Assembly (NCBI GenBank): GCA_030264375.1
Contig: JASCQW010000098.1
Coordinates: forward strand, 77,404,558 to 77,468,557
Direction of reading: 5' to 3'
DNA length: 64,000 bases
Source: Carcharhinus longimanus
Lineage: Eukaryota
Shown here piece after piece: positions 24,614 to 38,859 of the stretch (within the stretch, counting starts at the first letter, position 1; every line of letters begins with the position of its first letter). The notes under the pieces are model-generated. The model did no database searches and was not told the DNA's origin. It worked only from the letters and a program-made list of their open reading frames with translations. The translations under genes were made by a program, and so were the position numbers.

Positions 24614-25659
24614 ACTGTTGTAAGTTGTTGTATGATTTGATATGCATGCTAAATATATTATAGTTTGCTTGTTGTTCTGGATTCTAAAGCATATTCCTAT
24701 TACATTTATACATTTTAGTTATTTGCAAATTCATCGGAGATGTTTAAGTTTCAAAGAAATACATATAATGAGATTGTTAGAGGCTGACCCTGTGACAGGC
24801 AGTGCACCTAACATCACAAGAGAAACATAAGTTCATTGGTTGGTGAGAAACTGCTGTAAAGGGTTGGTCATCAGGTTGCTGAGAATTAGAAAAAAGCATT
24901 CTTTGCAAAAGAAGGGGCTACTTTTCAGAAAGAAATGCAAGCAACATGGAAATAAAGCTAAGTCGATGCCAGATAAAAGAAAGTTGCATACGTAAACCAA
25001 AGTAAAATAAAGTTAACAGAAGGGAAGCAGATTGAAGCCATGGTGGGGCAGCTTAGTCATGAGGAATCTGTGTCCTGTATTATGTGGGAAATCATGAATG
25101 CTCCTACTGTCCTGGATGCCACATGTGCAGGAATTGTTCTCAGCTGCAGAACATTGAGCTCTGGGTTTTGGAACTTGAGCAGAGGTTGGACTCACAAGTG
25201 CATCTGTGAGGCTGAGTGCTATTTGGGTAGCACGCTCAGAGAGGTGATCGGGGCAGACACGATGGGTTGAATGACCTCTTTCTGCACTGTAAGCTTTCTG
25301 CAGTTATCTGTTTTTTAGGGATTGAAACAGTTTAAAATAAAACAATAATTCTTTACTTCAAAGAAACAGAAGAAAGTAATTGATTTTTCAACAATAAATC
25401 AAATTCTTTTTGAAGGTTTTCTGTGTTTACCTAATAGTTGGCTTTGAGATTGATAAAACAGGGAAGCCTGCACTCAAGGGTAAAATAATGATTAATTAAG
25501 CCATCCATCCCCCATTGATAGTCACTCCCAGTACTTCAAGTGGAATTTGCAGGTTGTTCAGAAATGATACCTGTCTCCAGTGTTTCTGGTAGATAGGTGA
25601 GAATGAATATTTCCCAAGTATATATGTTGTGAAATAATGGTTACTTACAATCAAAGAAT

Positions 25660-26280
25660 GATGCAGTAGAGAAGAAGCCCATTTGACCCTTATTTCTATC
25701 TGCTCATTGAAAGAGCTATCAAAGTATTCACATTTTTCTCTCTTTCCCTATAATGCTGCAAATATTTCCCTTCAAATTATCCAATTTTAGTTTAAAGTTA
25801 TTGTTGAATCTGCTTCCTCTAACCTTTCAGGTAGCGCATCCCAGATAATAACAACTTGTGTAAAAAGAAATGTTTTTCTCATGTCACCTCTGGTTCCTTT
25901 GTCAATCATACTAAATCAATGTCCTCTGGTTACTGGCCCTTATGCCAGAGGAAACAGTTTCCCCTTATTTACGTTATCAAAACCCTTCATGATTTTAAAT
26001 GTCTGTCGAATCCCCTCTTTAGCCTTCTCTCTGTAAGGACAGAAATCCCAGTTGCACTGCTCTCTTCCCATATTAGAGCCCCTTTTCCCTGGTACCATTC
26101 TATAATTATCTTCTGCAGCCACACTGAGGTTAACACCCTTCCTATACTATGGTCACCAGAACTGACCACAATCACCTGAGGCCTAACCTATGTTTTACAA
26201 AGTTTAGTCTAAGCTCCTAGCTTTTGTACTCTGCGCCTGTATAAAGGCATGGTTCCTGTAAGTCTATTCAGCCGCTTTCT
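25660..26280 (-). mobile_element. Old CR1 3' fragment
   Basis: FKIMKGFDNVNKGKLFPLA motif and 3' region. Confidence 0.6.
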
Positions 26281-27961
26281 CAACTTTGTATATTTGGCTA
26301 ATGTTGTAAGGCAAACAGAGTGTTGGGAAGTTTGAACGTAGATTTTATTTGTTCTGACGTTCTTGTTACTCTGCACGTGACTACAGCATTCATTATTTTG
26401 TACATTTTGGACCTCTGAGACCTTTCAACCCGGTGACTTCAGGATGTGAATTGTCCCTATGACACTATTCCAACACTCATTTTTCATCCAACATCACTGA
26501 AGTGTTTAATAGCTTGTTTACATCTATACTGTTTTTGACACCTTGTGTGCAAATTCATTACAGTATTGACTTCACCTCAAAAGTACTTAGCTGGCTGTGA
26601 AGCACGTTAGCTAGTCCTATGGCCATGACAAGTGCTTTATAAGTGCAAGTTCTTTTACATTATCAATGCTAACACAACCGCAGCATTATATGATTGTCAT
26701 TTGGAATTCCTGAATTGGCCGTGTTGCATCAAAATTGGAATTAATTGTCAGATGAAGCTTTCTTCTCTGAAAAGAGCTCTTGCTGCGCACTGCGGCTGAA
26801 GTAGCTTTTATTTTTTGCGTAATAATAATTCTTATTCAGGTTCACATCAAAAATGATCAATAGTGGATTTCTGATGGAGTAGTGCAGATGAAAACTCAAT
26901 ATCCAATTAAAAAACAATTGCTTGCAGTAATGGGAGGAAAGCAGAGTGCGATTGAATTAGCATGGATCATATAATCTTCCTCATCCATAAATATATGATG
27001 ATCTTGTGAAGTTAGCTGAAAAGTTTACAGGAGCCACTTGATGTGGAACTTCAGTTCAAGTCCCATCGGGATGCGAAGTGTTCTGCACTTGGGAGCTCAG
27101 CGCTCCACATAATAATATTCATAAATCTTTTGTATAGTGTCTGGAATATTCATTGAGATGATAGTGGAAATTTGCATAACATTTCTCGTGGTACTCCGCT
27201 TTAAAATTCAGTGGTACATTTTATACTTCCAGCAACATTTGTTCCTCGAATTGGGCACACAATGAATAATCTTTCTCTGCATTTTATAGGCTTTTGATTA
27301 AAAGTCTTTTTTTTGGATAATGATAGAATCAAATCTTCTGAATGGACATTCATTTTCTCTAATAAATGCATTCCTTAATAAATCAGGTTATTGCTTTATA
27401 AATTCTAAAGGCAGTGGGGATCAATACAATCTTGGGTACATGCAAAAAAGGGCATTAGTCTATTGGCCACATATAATACAACTCACATGAATGTCCTTTC
27501 CATTGGCTTTAATGGAAACAAAAATCATGTGGGCTGAACAATCGGCGGTTGACCTAGAACATTTTCTTTGCTGAAGTTGAATTTTGCTTCTGATATATAC
27601 TTCTAATAGATTTTATTGGAAGTAATTTTATTTTACAATATTATATTCAATTTTTAATGGATTCAGTTCAACTGACACCCCAGTTAAATAGAATTATCAA
27701 GTCAGTCGATCTGTGTCTGCCTCGGAATGGTTGATATAAAATTGTTTAGTGCGCAGTTTTTTGTTTAGGAAACCTGCGTAAAGGACACAGTTAAGGACAA
27801 GGCAGAAGACAACAATGTAGGACAGGGAATGAATCAGGAAGTCATGCTTAGCTTAGCTTAGTGATTGGTGGGGGGAGAAGGAATCTTACCACAATTTGGT
27901 AGAGCGTCATTTTTGGCAAGAAAACCGATGTGGATCTCTCTCTGGCTGTAAAGGTGACACA

Positions 27962-28096
27962 AGCTTTAGGGGTGTCACTCCTTCAGAAGGAGCGACACTC
28001 TGAAAGTTTGTGCTGCCAAATAAACCTGTTGGACTTTAACCTGGTGTTGTGAGACTTCTTACTGTGCTTACTCCAGTTCAATGCTGGCTTCTCCAG
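27962..28096. mobile_element. Short family-A Penelope-derived insertion
   Basis: 14-bp direct repeat gtaaaggtgacaca at 27948-27961 and 28097-28110; short 5' inversion. Confidence 0.7.
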
Positions 28097-28504
28097 GTAA
28101 AGGTGACACACAGTGGGCTTGATTTTGTCCTTTCCTACTGATGGGTTTAGGGACTAGCTACAGCTTACCTGCCTGCTCCTGTCCTCAATGCTACAATATC
28201 AGGTGGCCTGCTCACCAGTAGGCTGATTGAGCCTTCAATTGGGCAATTAATTCCCACTTACGGACCTCATGCATTAGCCACTGGGATTTCACTGGCAGTG
28301 GGCAAAGACCATGACAAATGCCCAGCTCAGCCGGTTTCCCTGCATGGCTGCTGGATGCAGGGAGAGGAAGGATCCTTCATTAACAGGGTACCCCACACGG
28401 TTTTATACCCGCAAGTTGTCCTCCCCGCCCATTCCTCTGTCCCCATGTTCTGGAGAACTGCTGGCTGCTGATTGGTTGATAGCTTCCTGTGGCGGATCTC
28501 AAAG

Positions 28505-29072
28505 TGCAAAGAACAAAGAAAAGTGTAGCACAGCAGCACAGGAACAGGCCCTATGGCCCTCTAAACCTGTGCCGATCATCATGCCCTAACCAAACTATAT
28601 AAAAAAACCTTGAGCACTTACTCATAAGAACATAAGAAATAGGAGCAGGAGTAGGCCATCTAGCCCTTTGAGCCTGCCCCACCATTCAATAAGATCANNN
28701 NNNNNNNNNNNNNNNNNNNNNNNNNNNNNNNNNNNNNNNNNNNNNNNNNNNNNNNNNNNNNNNNNNNNNNNNNNNNNNNNNNNNNNNNNNNNNNNNNTAT
28801 TCAATCCCCCTCGCTATAAAGGCCAGCATTCCATTCGCCTTCTTGATCACCTGCTGCACCTGCAGACTGGGTTTTTGTGTCTCATGCACTTGGTCTGTAT
28901 TCCTCTATTCCGTCCCTAATCATGCACCCATCCAGATGCCTCTTAAATGTTCCTAATGTACCTGCTTCCACCACTTCCTCAGGCAGCATGTTCCAGGCAC
29001 CCACCACTCTCTGCGTGAGAAACTTCCCCCGCACATCTCCCTTAAACATACACCCCCTCACCTTGAATCTGT
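28505..29072 (-). mobile_element. Nested CR1/HER1 3' tails around a gap
   Basis: LQVQQVIKKANGMLAFIARG and (cataagaa) tail repeats. Confidence 0.7.
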
Positions 29073-30294
29073 AGTTGGGGTAGACAGGGAATCCAGAACT
29101 GTCTGTACTTTATCTCAGTGTTCCCTGCAACCTCAGCCACCATTCCATGCAGCAACCTGGGAGCTACTGTCTGGGCCACTCACAAATTGTCATCTTGAAG
29201 ATACTGTGTGTTTGGCTGCACAAAAAAAAGCTTGAAGATTTTGTGCGTTCAGGTGAATTGGCATTTCACAATGCAAGGATTTAAAGGGGATATGTCACAT
29301 TTGAAAATAGTTTCACCTGCCCCATGAGACGAACAATTATAGCTTCATTCAGATAGGCCACTTCATGAGAGGGTGGGGTGTGGGTGGGTGGAAGGAGAGA
29401 TTTTCCACCCCTGATTTTGAGGGTGGGAATGTGGAGGGGGTGGAGAATCAAGCAGGAGACACCTGCATGAATGTCGCAATCCCCTGCCAATGAGGCAATG
29501 GGGACTTTAAAAGTGAGGATCCCCATTTACATTTAGTTTCCAATGGACTGTGCCTCTCAGGCCGGCGTGAATCACAACAAGTCCCCCACGACCTGCACCT
29601 AGCGAACAGAACCTGATGGTCCTGTTCAGGTGACTGCGACCTTGGGGGTGGGAGGGAGATGGCCATGCCCTGGCAATGCCCCCTGTTAAATACTGGGAGT
29701 GCAGTGGTGAGGGGGTATTTCTGTGGTGAGGGGAGAGTTCAGTGATGGGGGAGAGTTCAGTGGTGAGGAGGAAGTCCTGTGGTGAGGGGGGAGTTCAGTG
29801 GTGAGGGGGTGAATTATGTGATGGGTTTGTGGGGGATCTTATGAGAGTTGAATTTGCTGGTGAGATGGGTTCAGCATGATATCGTGAAACCTGCATCTTG
29901 GCTTTTTTTAATTTAAGTGTCAAAAAATATGGCAGGAAAAGCTGGCAGTGCACGTTATGGATAACATTCTGCTTTCCCCACTCAAGTTGACAGTCGAAAA
30001 ACTGAAAAATTCCCCCTCATATTTTTGTGGAAGATGCCACACTAGTTCATTGCGGGGGCATGTTGGAGGGCAATTTGCTGTGCTGCCATTTCCCCTTCAG
30101 ATAACTTGGAGCATCCATTAACTGCTCCGAACTTACATCTCGTCACTTAACTGAACACAACATTCACAAAGGAAGAAAATATGGAAACAGAATCCTTTTG
30201 GAATGGTTCTTAATGCTGAAAATTATATCAAAACAGGTTTGTGCATTTTAATATAATCCTGCATTATTCTTGATGTTACTTTTTTGTTTTACAG

Positions 30295-30404
30295 AGATCG
30301 ATGAAATTGTCTTTGTCATTCAGAGTCAGAAGCAATCCTTCCATGCAAATCAAGCAATCAACCTCAAACAGGACATCTTATTGCAAGCTGAGGCTTTTAG
30401 TCAG
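30295..30404 (+). CDS. B3GLCT: B3GLCT coding exon 4 ((E)[36 protein letters not shown])
   Basis: Strong T-rich acceptor, CAG|GTAAGT donor, 110 nt; matches human B3GLCT [37 protein letters not shown]. Confidence 0.95.
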
Positions 30405-30762
30405 GTAAGTTTCTGAAGAAGGTACAACCAGCGACGCTAAATCCACACCGGTCATTGGATTGTTTTGCAGCCATATGTGATAAAGGATAAGTTATCTTTG
30501 TTTGGAAATTAACATTTAGATTGTTTCATTCATAAAGCCTTACAGCTGAAAAAAAGCTGATGCCTCTGACATTTTAATAATCTGGAAATGGCATTCAAGT
30601 TTAGAGATGGGCCAGGATAAAAGTAAGCTGGTGTCGAATAGCGTCACCTCTGTTGTGTTGTGCATGTGTTAAAATGTCCTGAAGCCCAGATGACTTATTA
30701 AAGCCAGGAAAAGGCATTGATTGGTTTTATAATGATTAAAGCCCAAAGCGTGTGAACATAAT

Positions 30763-30914
30763 GGGGGGTAAAGTAGCACTAAATGGGCTGATAGTGAATC
30801 AGCAGACTGATTTACACTGTGCACAATTCTCTATTTAAAGTCAGTGGAAGATTAGGTATGGTGTAAAATGGACTGCTAATTCACTCTCGGGCCATTTTGC
30901 TCAATTTCACCCCC
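30763..30914. mobile_element. About 150-bp palindromic MITE
   Basis: gggggtaaag...gatagtgaatcagcagactgatttacac pairs with gtgtaaaatggactgctaattcactctc...atttcaccccc. Confidence 0.65.
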
Positions 30915-31905
30915 AACAACGTCCGCTTTCTCCATTGATACTGGATTCAAAAACACATTTCCCAACATATTACAGGACTCAAAATGTAAATTTATGGATT
31001 TGCTCTGCATGTTATGGGAATTATTATAATATTGTAGAATATATATAAACTATAACAAAGAGGCAGAAATCTGAAGTGACAATACAGATATAAACACTGT
31101 GCCTGAGTGGAGACGGAGCTTGCTCCTACAATGGTGTAAGCTTTTGGAATTTTGAAATGTTGATTTGGACAAAAGTAGGCCTCATGCTGCTTCATTGTGT
31201 CTGTTAATAATACAGTGTCTGATTTTGATAGACTGACTGGTGCTTTGATTCATCATAATCTTTCAACTTAACCCAGATGGATGGGATGGAAATTTCCTGC
31301 TAAACTTACTATAGTAGCCAAACATTTGGTTTAATGCCATTTTAAGTCTGTTTTTATGAACATAAATTGACAATGAAAACCAGCCCATTACTCAGCATGA
31401 GTGTCATTCAGACCTGCAGAAGACAGAAGGATGGTTTATCTTGAAAGTGGGAAATCGCCACTGTTACAGTGGGGACTGTATTTCTGAAGTCAGGCATCTG
31501 GACATGTAGGGATTTTGCATATGTCAAATATACACAGCATTGAACCAAGGACTGCAAACTAATTAATCCATCAAATAAGTGTTGCATTTCAGCCTGGNNN
31601 NNNNNNNNNNNNNNNNNNNNNNNNNNNNNNNNNNNNNNNNNNNNNNNNNNNNNNNNNNNNNNNNNNNNNNNNNNNNNNNNNNNNNNNNNNNNNNNNNTGG
31701 GGATGTAACCTAATGCTTGGATTTCCAAAAAATATTGTTTTTCCGCAAGAATTCTATTTTTTGACAAGAATCAATTAGAAATCATTGTAACTCTTGACCA
31801 GATCAAAATGAGATAAATCACCCCTTCTTAGATTGAATGAACCCAATTCTAACTTGCACATATATCTGGGAGATTGGGGGGAAGCTAACTAATTAGCTAA
31901 CTGAT

Positions 31906-32205
31906 GGGGTGGAACGGTGGCACAGTGGTTAGCACTGCTGCCTCATAGTGCCAGGGACCCGGGTTCGATTCCCATTTGCGCACTGTCTGTGCAGAGTCTG
32001 CACATTCTCCCCATGACTATGTGGGTTTCCTCCGGGTGCTCCGGTTTGAAAGATGTGCTGGTTAGGTGCATTGATCATGCTAAATTCTCTTTCAGTGTAC
32101 CAGAACAGGCATCGGAGTGTGGCAACTAAGGGATTTTCACAGTAACTTCATTGCAGTGCTAATATAAGCCTACTTGTGATATTAGTAAATAAACTAAACT
32201 AAAAC
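31906..32205 (+). mobile_element. HE1-like V-SINE (tail type B)
   Basis: ggtggcacagtggttagcactgctgcc...gggttcgattccc head and (aaact)n tail. Confidence 0.85.
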
Positions 32206-33099
32206 TGCANNNNNNNNNNNNNNNNNNNNNNNNNNNNNNNNNNNNNNNNNNNNNNNNNNNNNNNNNNNNNNNNNNNNNNNNNNNNNNNNNNNNNNNNNNN
32301 NNNNNNNNNACTGCAGAGCCAAAAACATGGTGAAGAACCTAGCATAAAATGTACAATGAATTGAATACCTTTTATCTAAGTTGAATAAATATCATATGTA
32401 ATGATTAACATTTGTAGAGGGTTTTGCAATTCCCAGCCACCAATGTTCTGTTTAAAGATATATGCATGCGGAACTGTGCAGCAAACAAGAACATGTCACA
32501 CAGGGGCAGCACACAAACTGTGTTTCCTTTAAGATGTGGGCATGCACAGACACCCAGTAATCTGAAAGGAACCTCATAGCGAAGGGAAATGAGAAGGAAC
32601 ATAGCCAGAAACCAGCTTATTTTCAAGGCCCACAGAAAACTAATCTAAAATTACCATAAACTATCAAAATGTAAGTATGTTGGTTATGTTTATTAACATA
32701 ATATTAATATTAGAAGTGAAGTTAATCATAAATTAGAGGCTTGAAATTCCTGCATTGCAATGATGTAGAAATGATGTTTAAATAATGCTAGCGTCTGCAC
32801 CTTGCTGTTTGGAACTGATTGTGGAATTTCCTGCAGCACTCAATTTCTACGCTAGAGGCAAGTCTGAAATAGTTTGGTTGCACTGAGACCACAGCACTAT
32901 GAGTATAGTTCAGATCTCAAGATTGTTTTTTGAAGAAAAGAAAACGACTATCAACCTTCAGAGATTTCAGTTGTGCTCATGTCCGATGAGCTTGAACCAC
33001 ATTGCACCTGTATTTCTGCTCATAAATCTATTTTAGTGTTCCTTTTGTGTATATCCAGAAAATCCATTTGAGCTGGACTGCGAGAAGGTTTGTTCAGAA

Positions 33100-34260
33100 C
33101 GATAAGCAACAGAGGGTTTTGGAAGTGAAAGTGATGTCAGCAATCGAGGACATTCACATCTGGTCATGTTCCTCTGTGCCTCACCCCCCTCTTGCACCGC
33201 CACTGATGCATCCCATTCACGCTACAGTGATGGTGTGTAGGTTTGAGTGCATATCCGGCACAAACATGCATATCTGGCACAAACTGCTGGACCAGGGTTT
33301 CCATGGCTGCTGCCACATTTCCAATGGTGACCTTGATGTGCTGGCATGTCAGTTCCACAACATTGTACAGAATGTGGATGGACTCCTCCGCTCTTATCTG
33401 CTGGTGGTCTTTGATAATCTTGTCTGCTGGACCCCTAGCTGCCTTTGGATCTCCAGCATCTCTCTGAGGGCTGACTCCAGTGGCTCATCATTGGACTCAG
33501 AGTCAGCAGGAGTCTGGCCTCCAGCAATCCTCTGAGTGTCAGTGGGCTTGGCGGTCACTGCTTCCACCTGATGTGGACCAGAATCACTGCTGGGCTGACC
33601 AGATGGTGTAACTGAGCCTGCTCTGAAGCTAGATCCCACCGAGGTGTGTGGCCCTGCACTGGTGGAGAAGCAAGCAAATACACTGACAGCTTTGTATTTA
33701 GTGGGTCCTCTGGATCCTCCGAGGTGGTCGGGGGGTTGGGGCTGATGGGCTGCCAGTGTGTCTCCTCCTCTTCCTGCTGGTAATAGAGAGAAGAGATGGA
33801 TAGTCACTTACATTAAAGAGCACTCAATTTCGGCAGGTGGGTGAAGACTAGTGGATGGGGCCTCATTATTGTAAGGTGCTGATTTCTCCATCGGAGGAGG
33901 AACAGTCCCTGTTCTCACCAGTCAGTCCTGCTCCCTGCTCCTCGCTGGCAGAGAGTGGCCTGATTTCCAGCATCCCCCCCTCCTGTATGGAATCTCTCCC
34001 TGTTGTTGTGGGTGATCTTGTCCTGTATAAAGATGGGTGGACAGGCTGAGTATAAGACGGATGTCAAGCAGAAGATAAGCACACAGCCTTCTGTAAGTGT
34101 TGAGTGAATCTCTGTATGGGCTGAAGATGCGATTTGTGCACAAGGTGACAAGAGATGAAGGTGTAAAAGTGAGTGTGAGAGAATCAGTGAGGATTTCTCA
34201 ACCACATGTAAGATCCCTGTGAACTGTATTCTTCTTACTGCCTGGTGGCCTTGAGAGCAT
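33100..34260 (-). mobile_element. Decayed coding remnant, possibly the Myb/SANT-type accessory ORF of a Harbinger-like transposon
   Basis: Ser/Pro-rich stretch then coiled-coil-like DEPLESALREMLEIQRQ, with frameshifts; the family call is inference. Confidence 0.3.
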
Positions 34261-34384
34261 AAGCAGCATGAGAGTGACAGTACCTACCCTGTCAAACCCT
34301 CTTAGGATACTATATTTTTCAATATAAGACCTAGACATGAGAGTTTAGGTCTTATTCAACTTAATCTCTCCACATAGGATAACA

Positions 34385-34811
34385 ATTTGATTTATAATTG
34401 TCACATGTGTTTATATGCAGTGAGAAGTATTGTCTCTTAGGCACTATACATCAGAGCACACCGTTCATAGAGTACATAGGGGAGAAGGAAAGGAGAGAGT
34501 GCAGAATGTAGTGTTACAGTCATAGCTAAGGTGAAGAGAAAGATCAGCTTCATATAAGGTAGGTCCATTCAAAAGTCTGATGGCAGCAGAGAAGAAGCTA
34601 TTCTTGAGTTGGTTGATATGTGATCTCAGACTTTTGTATCTTTTTCCGAATGGAAGAAGATGGAAGAGAGAATGTCCAGGATGCATGGGGTCCTTGATTA
34701 TGCAGGCTTCTTTTCTGAGGCAACAAGAAGTGTAAATGGAGCCAATGCTAGTTTGTGTGATTGACTGGGCTTCGTTTATAACCCTTTGTAGTTTCTTGTG
34801 GTGTTGGGCAG
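34385..34811 (-). mobile_element. Rex1-type LINE 3' end
   Basis: SAQHHKKLQRVINEAQSIT...HPGHSLFHLLPFGKRYKSL...KNSFF; homologous to 6075-6725. Confidence 0.8.
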
Positions 34812-35687
34812 ANNNNNNNNNNNNNNNNNNNNNNNNNNNNNNNNNNNNNNNNNNNNNNNNNNNNNNNNNNNNNNNNNNNNNNNNNNNNNNNNNNNNNNNN
34901 NNNNNNNNNNNNNNNNNNNNNNNNNNNNNNNNNNNNNNNNNNNNNNNNNNNNNNNNNNNNNNNNNNNNNNNNNNNNNNNNNNNNNNNNNNNNNNNNNNNN
35001 NNNNNNNNNNNNNNNNNNNNNNNNNNNNNNNNNNNNNNNNNNNNNNNNNNNNNNNNNNNNNNNNNNNNNNNNNNNNNNNNNNNNNNNNNNNNNNNNNNNN
35101 NNNNNNNNNNNNNNNNNNNNNNNNNNNNNNNNNNNNNNNNNNNNNNNNNNNNNNNNNNNNNNNNNNNNNNNNNNNNNNNNNNNNNNNNNNNNNNNNNNNN
35201 NNNNNNNNNNNNNNNNNNNNNNNNNNNNNNNNNNNNNNNNNNNNNNNNNNNNNNNNNNNNNNNNNNNNNNNNNNNNNNNNNNNNNNNNNNNNNNNNNNNN
35301 NNNNNNNNNNNNNNNNNNNNNNNNNNNNNNNNNNNNNNNNNNNNNNNNNNNNNNNNNNNNNNNNNNNGGGGTGTGCAGTCAGAAGGGATTTTTTTCCCCA
35401 CCTAAGGGCTAAGCCCATTCATTTTCAGGCTTTCCTCCTGCCAGCTAAATTCTCCCACTTGCTTAAAAGTTGAGGCTGGGCAGGGAACATCCCATAAGTA
35501 GCCACTTAAGGGCATCAATTGGGGCAAGGGTGGGAAACCAGTCTCAGGCCTTGGCCACCCCAGCACAATATCACTGTGAATTCAGGGCAGGCGGGAACTA
35601 GAAGGGAATCCTGTTTCACGCACTTCCCACCCCGTCTAAAAATCAACTGGTGGGAGCATGGAATTCAGGCCTGGCTTACTCTCAACT

Positions 35688-36870
35688 CATAGAAACATAG
35701 GAACTAGAAGCAGGAGTAGGCCATTTGACCCTTCAAGCCCGCACCGCCATTCATCTTGATTATGGCTAATCGTCCAATTCAATATCCTGATTCCCCCTTC
35801 CTCCAATATCCCTTGATCCCTTTAGCCCCAAGAGCTGTAGCTAATTTCTTCTTGAAATCAGGCAATATTTTGGCCTCAACTATTTTCTGTGGTAATGAAT
35901 TCCACACATTCACACCCTCTGGGGAAGGAATTTCTTCTCACCTCAGTTCTAAAAGGTTTACCCCTTATCCTCAAACTATAACTGAACTCCCCCACCATTG
36001 GGAACATTCTTTCTGAAACTACCCTGTCTAACACTGTTAGAATTTTATAATTTCTGTGAGATCCCCTCTCACTCCAATCTCTTTGCAGTAAAGCCCAACA
36101 ATACCTTCCCCACTACTTGCTGCACCTGTATGTTACCTTTCTGTGTTTTGAGTGCACAGACACCTAGTTTATTCTGAGCGTCAACCTTTAGTAGGTCCTC
36201 ATGATTTATCAAATATTACTTTTTTCTATTCTTCCTACCTGCCATCTGTTCCTCACTCACTGAACCCATCACTATCCCTTTGCAGATGCTTTGTGTCTGC
36301 CTCACATCACACTGCCCCACTTACCATTCTATCATCCTCAAACATCAATTATTTACACTCAGTCCCTTCATTTATGTCACTAATATAAATTGTAAAAAGC
36401 TCAAACCCGAGTAGCACTGATCCTTGTAGCAAACCACTGGTGACAGCCTGCCAACCTGAAAGAGACCTATTTGTCCCTACCCTTTTATTTTCTGTCCTTT
36501 AACCATTACTCTAACTATACTAATATTCTAATCACCCCCAACCCCACGAACCGTGTCTTGTGCAACCAGCTTTTCATGTGGCACCTTATTGAATGCCTTT
36601 TGAAAATGCAAATATACCACATACACTGATTCTCCACCTTCATCTACCCTGCCAGTTACATCCTCAAAAATCTCCAATAGATTTGTCAAAGACAATTTTT
36701 TTCATTAAACCAGGTTGATTCTGTGCAATCATATTATAATTTTTGACATATCCTGTTACCACCTCCTTAATACTGGATCCTAGCATTTTCCTGATGGCTG
36801 ATGCCAGAAGTTCCCTGTTTCCTCTCTCTATCCTCTCTTAAATAGTGATTTCTAACTTTTCCTACCTGTC
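35688..36870 (-). mobile_element. Decayed CR1/HER1 LINE (tail plus RT remnants)
   Basis: (catagaaa) tail, then degenerate RT with D-QKAFNKVPH on the minus strand near 36580-36610. Confidence 0.7.
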
Positions 36871-38616
36871 CTCATAACAGAAGTCCCTCATTCTTGCTAA
36901 CATCCTTTGTACCCTTTCTATGGCCATTTCACCTTTCTTGAAGTGTAGTTCCCATAATTGTCCATAATACCCACCTAAGGCCTAACCAGTGCTTTATGAA
37001 CTGCTGATGTGATCTCTTTGCTTTATATTCTATCCCTCTTTTTATAAATCAATGTAACCCCCATACATCCTTGTATGGTTAAAATCTTTGAAGGATGAAT
37101 GTACATGGACATCATTGGCCCCAAAAGCAAAATGAAGGTGATGCGAATGCTGATGGTTATACCTAAAGCATTGTCATTATTTGAAATGTCCTTTTACCTC
37201 TTATTCAACTCGCTTTTGAACAGCTTTTTTGCAAAGCTTTAGGATTTAATGCGCAGCACCTGAAGATGTACTGTACCAAATGTTCAAATTGATGTTTGTT
37301 GTGAGGAATTAAAATCACCACTAGGTGGCAATGGTGGTGTGCAGTTTTCATCACTTCTGGTGATGTTACTGGAGAGTTTGTTATTGTTTGATTTCTGGTA
37401 TCAGTCCCTTTATTTCAGCATGTTGCAAAAGTTTTATTTAAAAATCCATCTCCCGCTCCAAGTTTTCTCCAATTTCTTGTTCCTGTGCTGACGGCACCAT
37501 ACCTGCTGGTGTGTGAGTAGATGTGAAACCTCAGGCACAATTTCCAAAGCGGCCAATTTTCACATATGAGCTTAAAAAATAAAAGCTATTGAACTGGGGA
37601 GGGAATCACACTGCAGCCAACTTCTATAATGTCTTCAACACAGGAAGTGCCAGTGAACAGTGCCAGCATTTATTGCCCATCCCTAGTTGCCTTTGGAGGG
37701 CAGTTGAGAATCAACCACATTGCATCACATGTAGGCCAGGCTAGGCAAGGATGGTAGATTTCCTTCCCTAACGGAGATTAGTGAATCAGATGGGATTTTC
37801 CAACAATCGATAATAGTTTCATGGTCATCAGTAGATTCTTAATTCCAGATTTTTTTTTGTTGAATTCAAATTCCAGCATCTGTCGTGATGGAATTTGAAC
37901 CAGGTCCCCAGAACATTAGCTGAGTTTCTGAATTAATTGTCTAGCGATAATACAACTAGGCCGTCACCTCCTCCCCTTGTTGCTCGAACCTAGATGAGGA
38001 GGAATTTCTTCAGCCAGATGGTAGTGAATATGTGGAGCTCATTTCCACAGAAAGCTGTGGAAGACAAGATCGAGATCGATAGGTTCTTGATTGTAAAGGG
38101 GAACAAAGGTTACAAGGAAATGGCAGGAGAATGGTTTTGAGAAACATATCAGCCTTGATGAAGCGGCAGAGCAGACTTGATGGGCCCCATTACCACCACC
38201 AGAATCCCCCATAGAAAACATGTATTTGTTCTGGATTTGCAAACTTGATGCTAACACAATTATTTTTTGAGTTGTCGGTAACTCAATTGTCAGTGTGAGT
38301 TCTGTACTTCAATATGTTAAAATTGACATGTTTACTTTAGTGACCAAAGTCTATGAACCTTTATGTAGGGTTTAACTTTTGCCTAATCCAAAATCCGACA
38401 AGGCAAAGGCATGTGAAGTGATGTGTATATATACCAACTGGTTCTGCCAATGTACATAAAACAGAGCAGAAGTGCTTTTGCACAGTTTCTTTAATTCAGT
38501 AAATGAACAGACAGCAAAGTCCCACAAAAAGCTTTGAGGAATGGTTTGATCAGACATTTAGGGCAGAGTTTTTCTATGAGTCTCAGGACCTTGAGGCCAT
38601 GGCCACCACAGAAATG

Positions 38617-38859
38617 ATGTGGGTATGCCGGCGTTGGACTGGCGTAAACACAGTAAAAAGTCTGACAACACCAGGTTTTAGTCCNNNNNNNNNNNNNNNN
38701 NNNNNNNNNNNNNNNNNNNNNNNNNNNNNNNNNNNNNNNNNNNNNNNNNNNNNNNNNNNNNNNNNNNNNNNNNNNNNNNNNNNNAACCCGAAAGCTTGTG
38801 AGAATATTATCAAATAAATAGGTTGGACTAAAACCTGGTGTTGTCAGACTTTTTACTGT
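38617..38859. mobile_element. Family-A Penelope-derived palindromic insertion (centre in gap)
   Basis: Inverted arms and 13-bp direct repeat caccacagaaatg at 38604-38616 and 38860-38872. Confidence 0.7.

Noticed and set aside
34465-35473. 200-317 aa ORFs
   Set aside because: Mostly X residues across a roughly 550-N gap; the real part is a Rex1 remnant.
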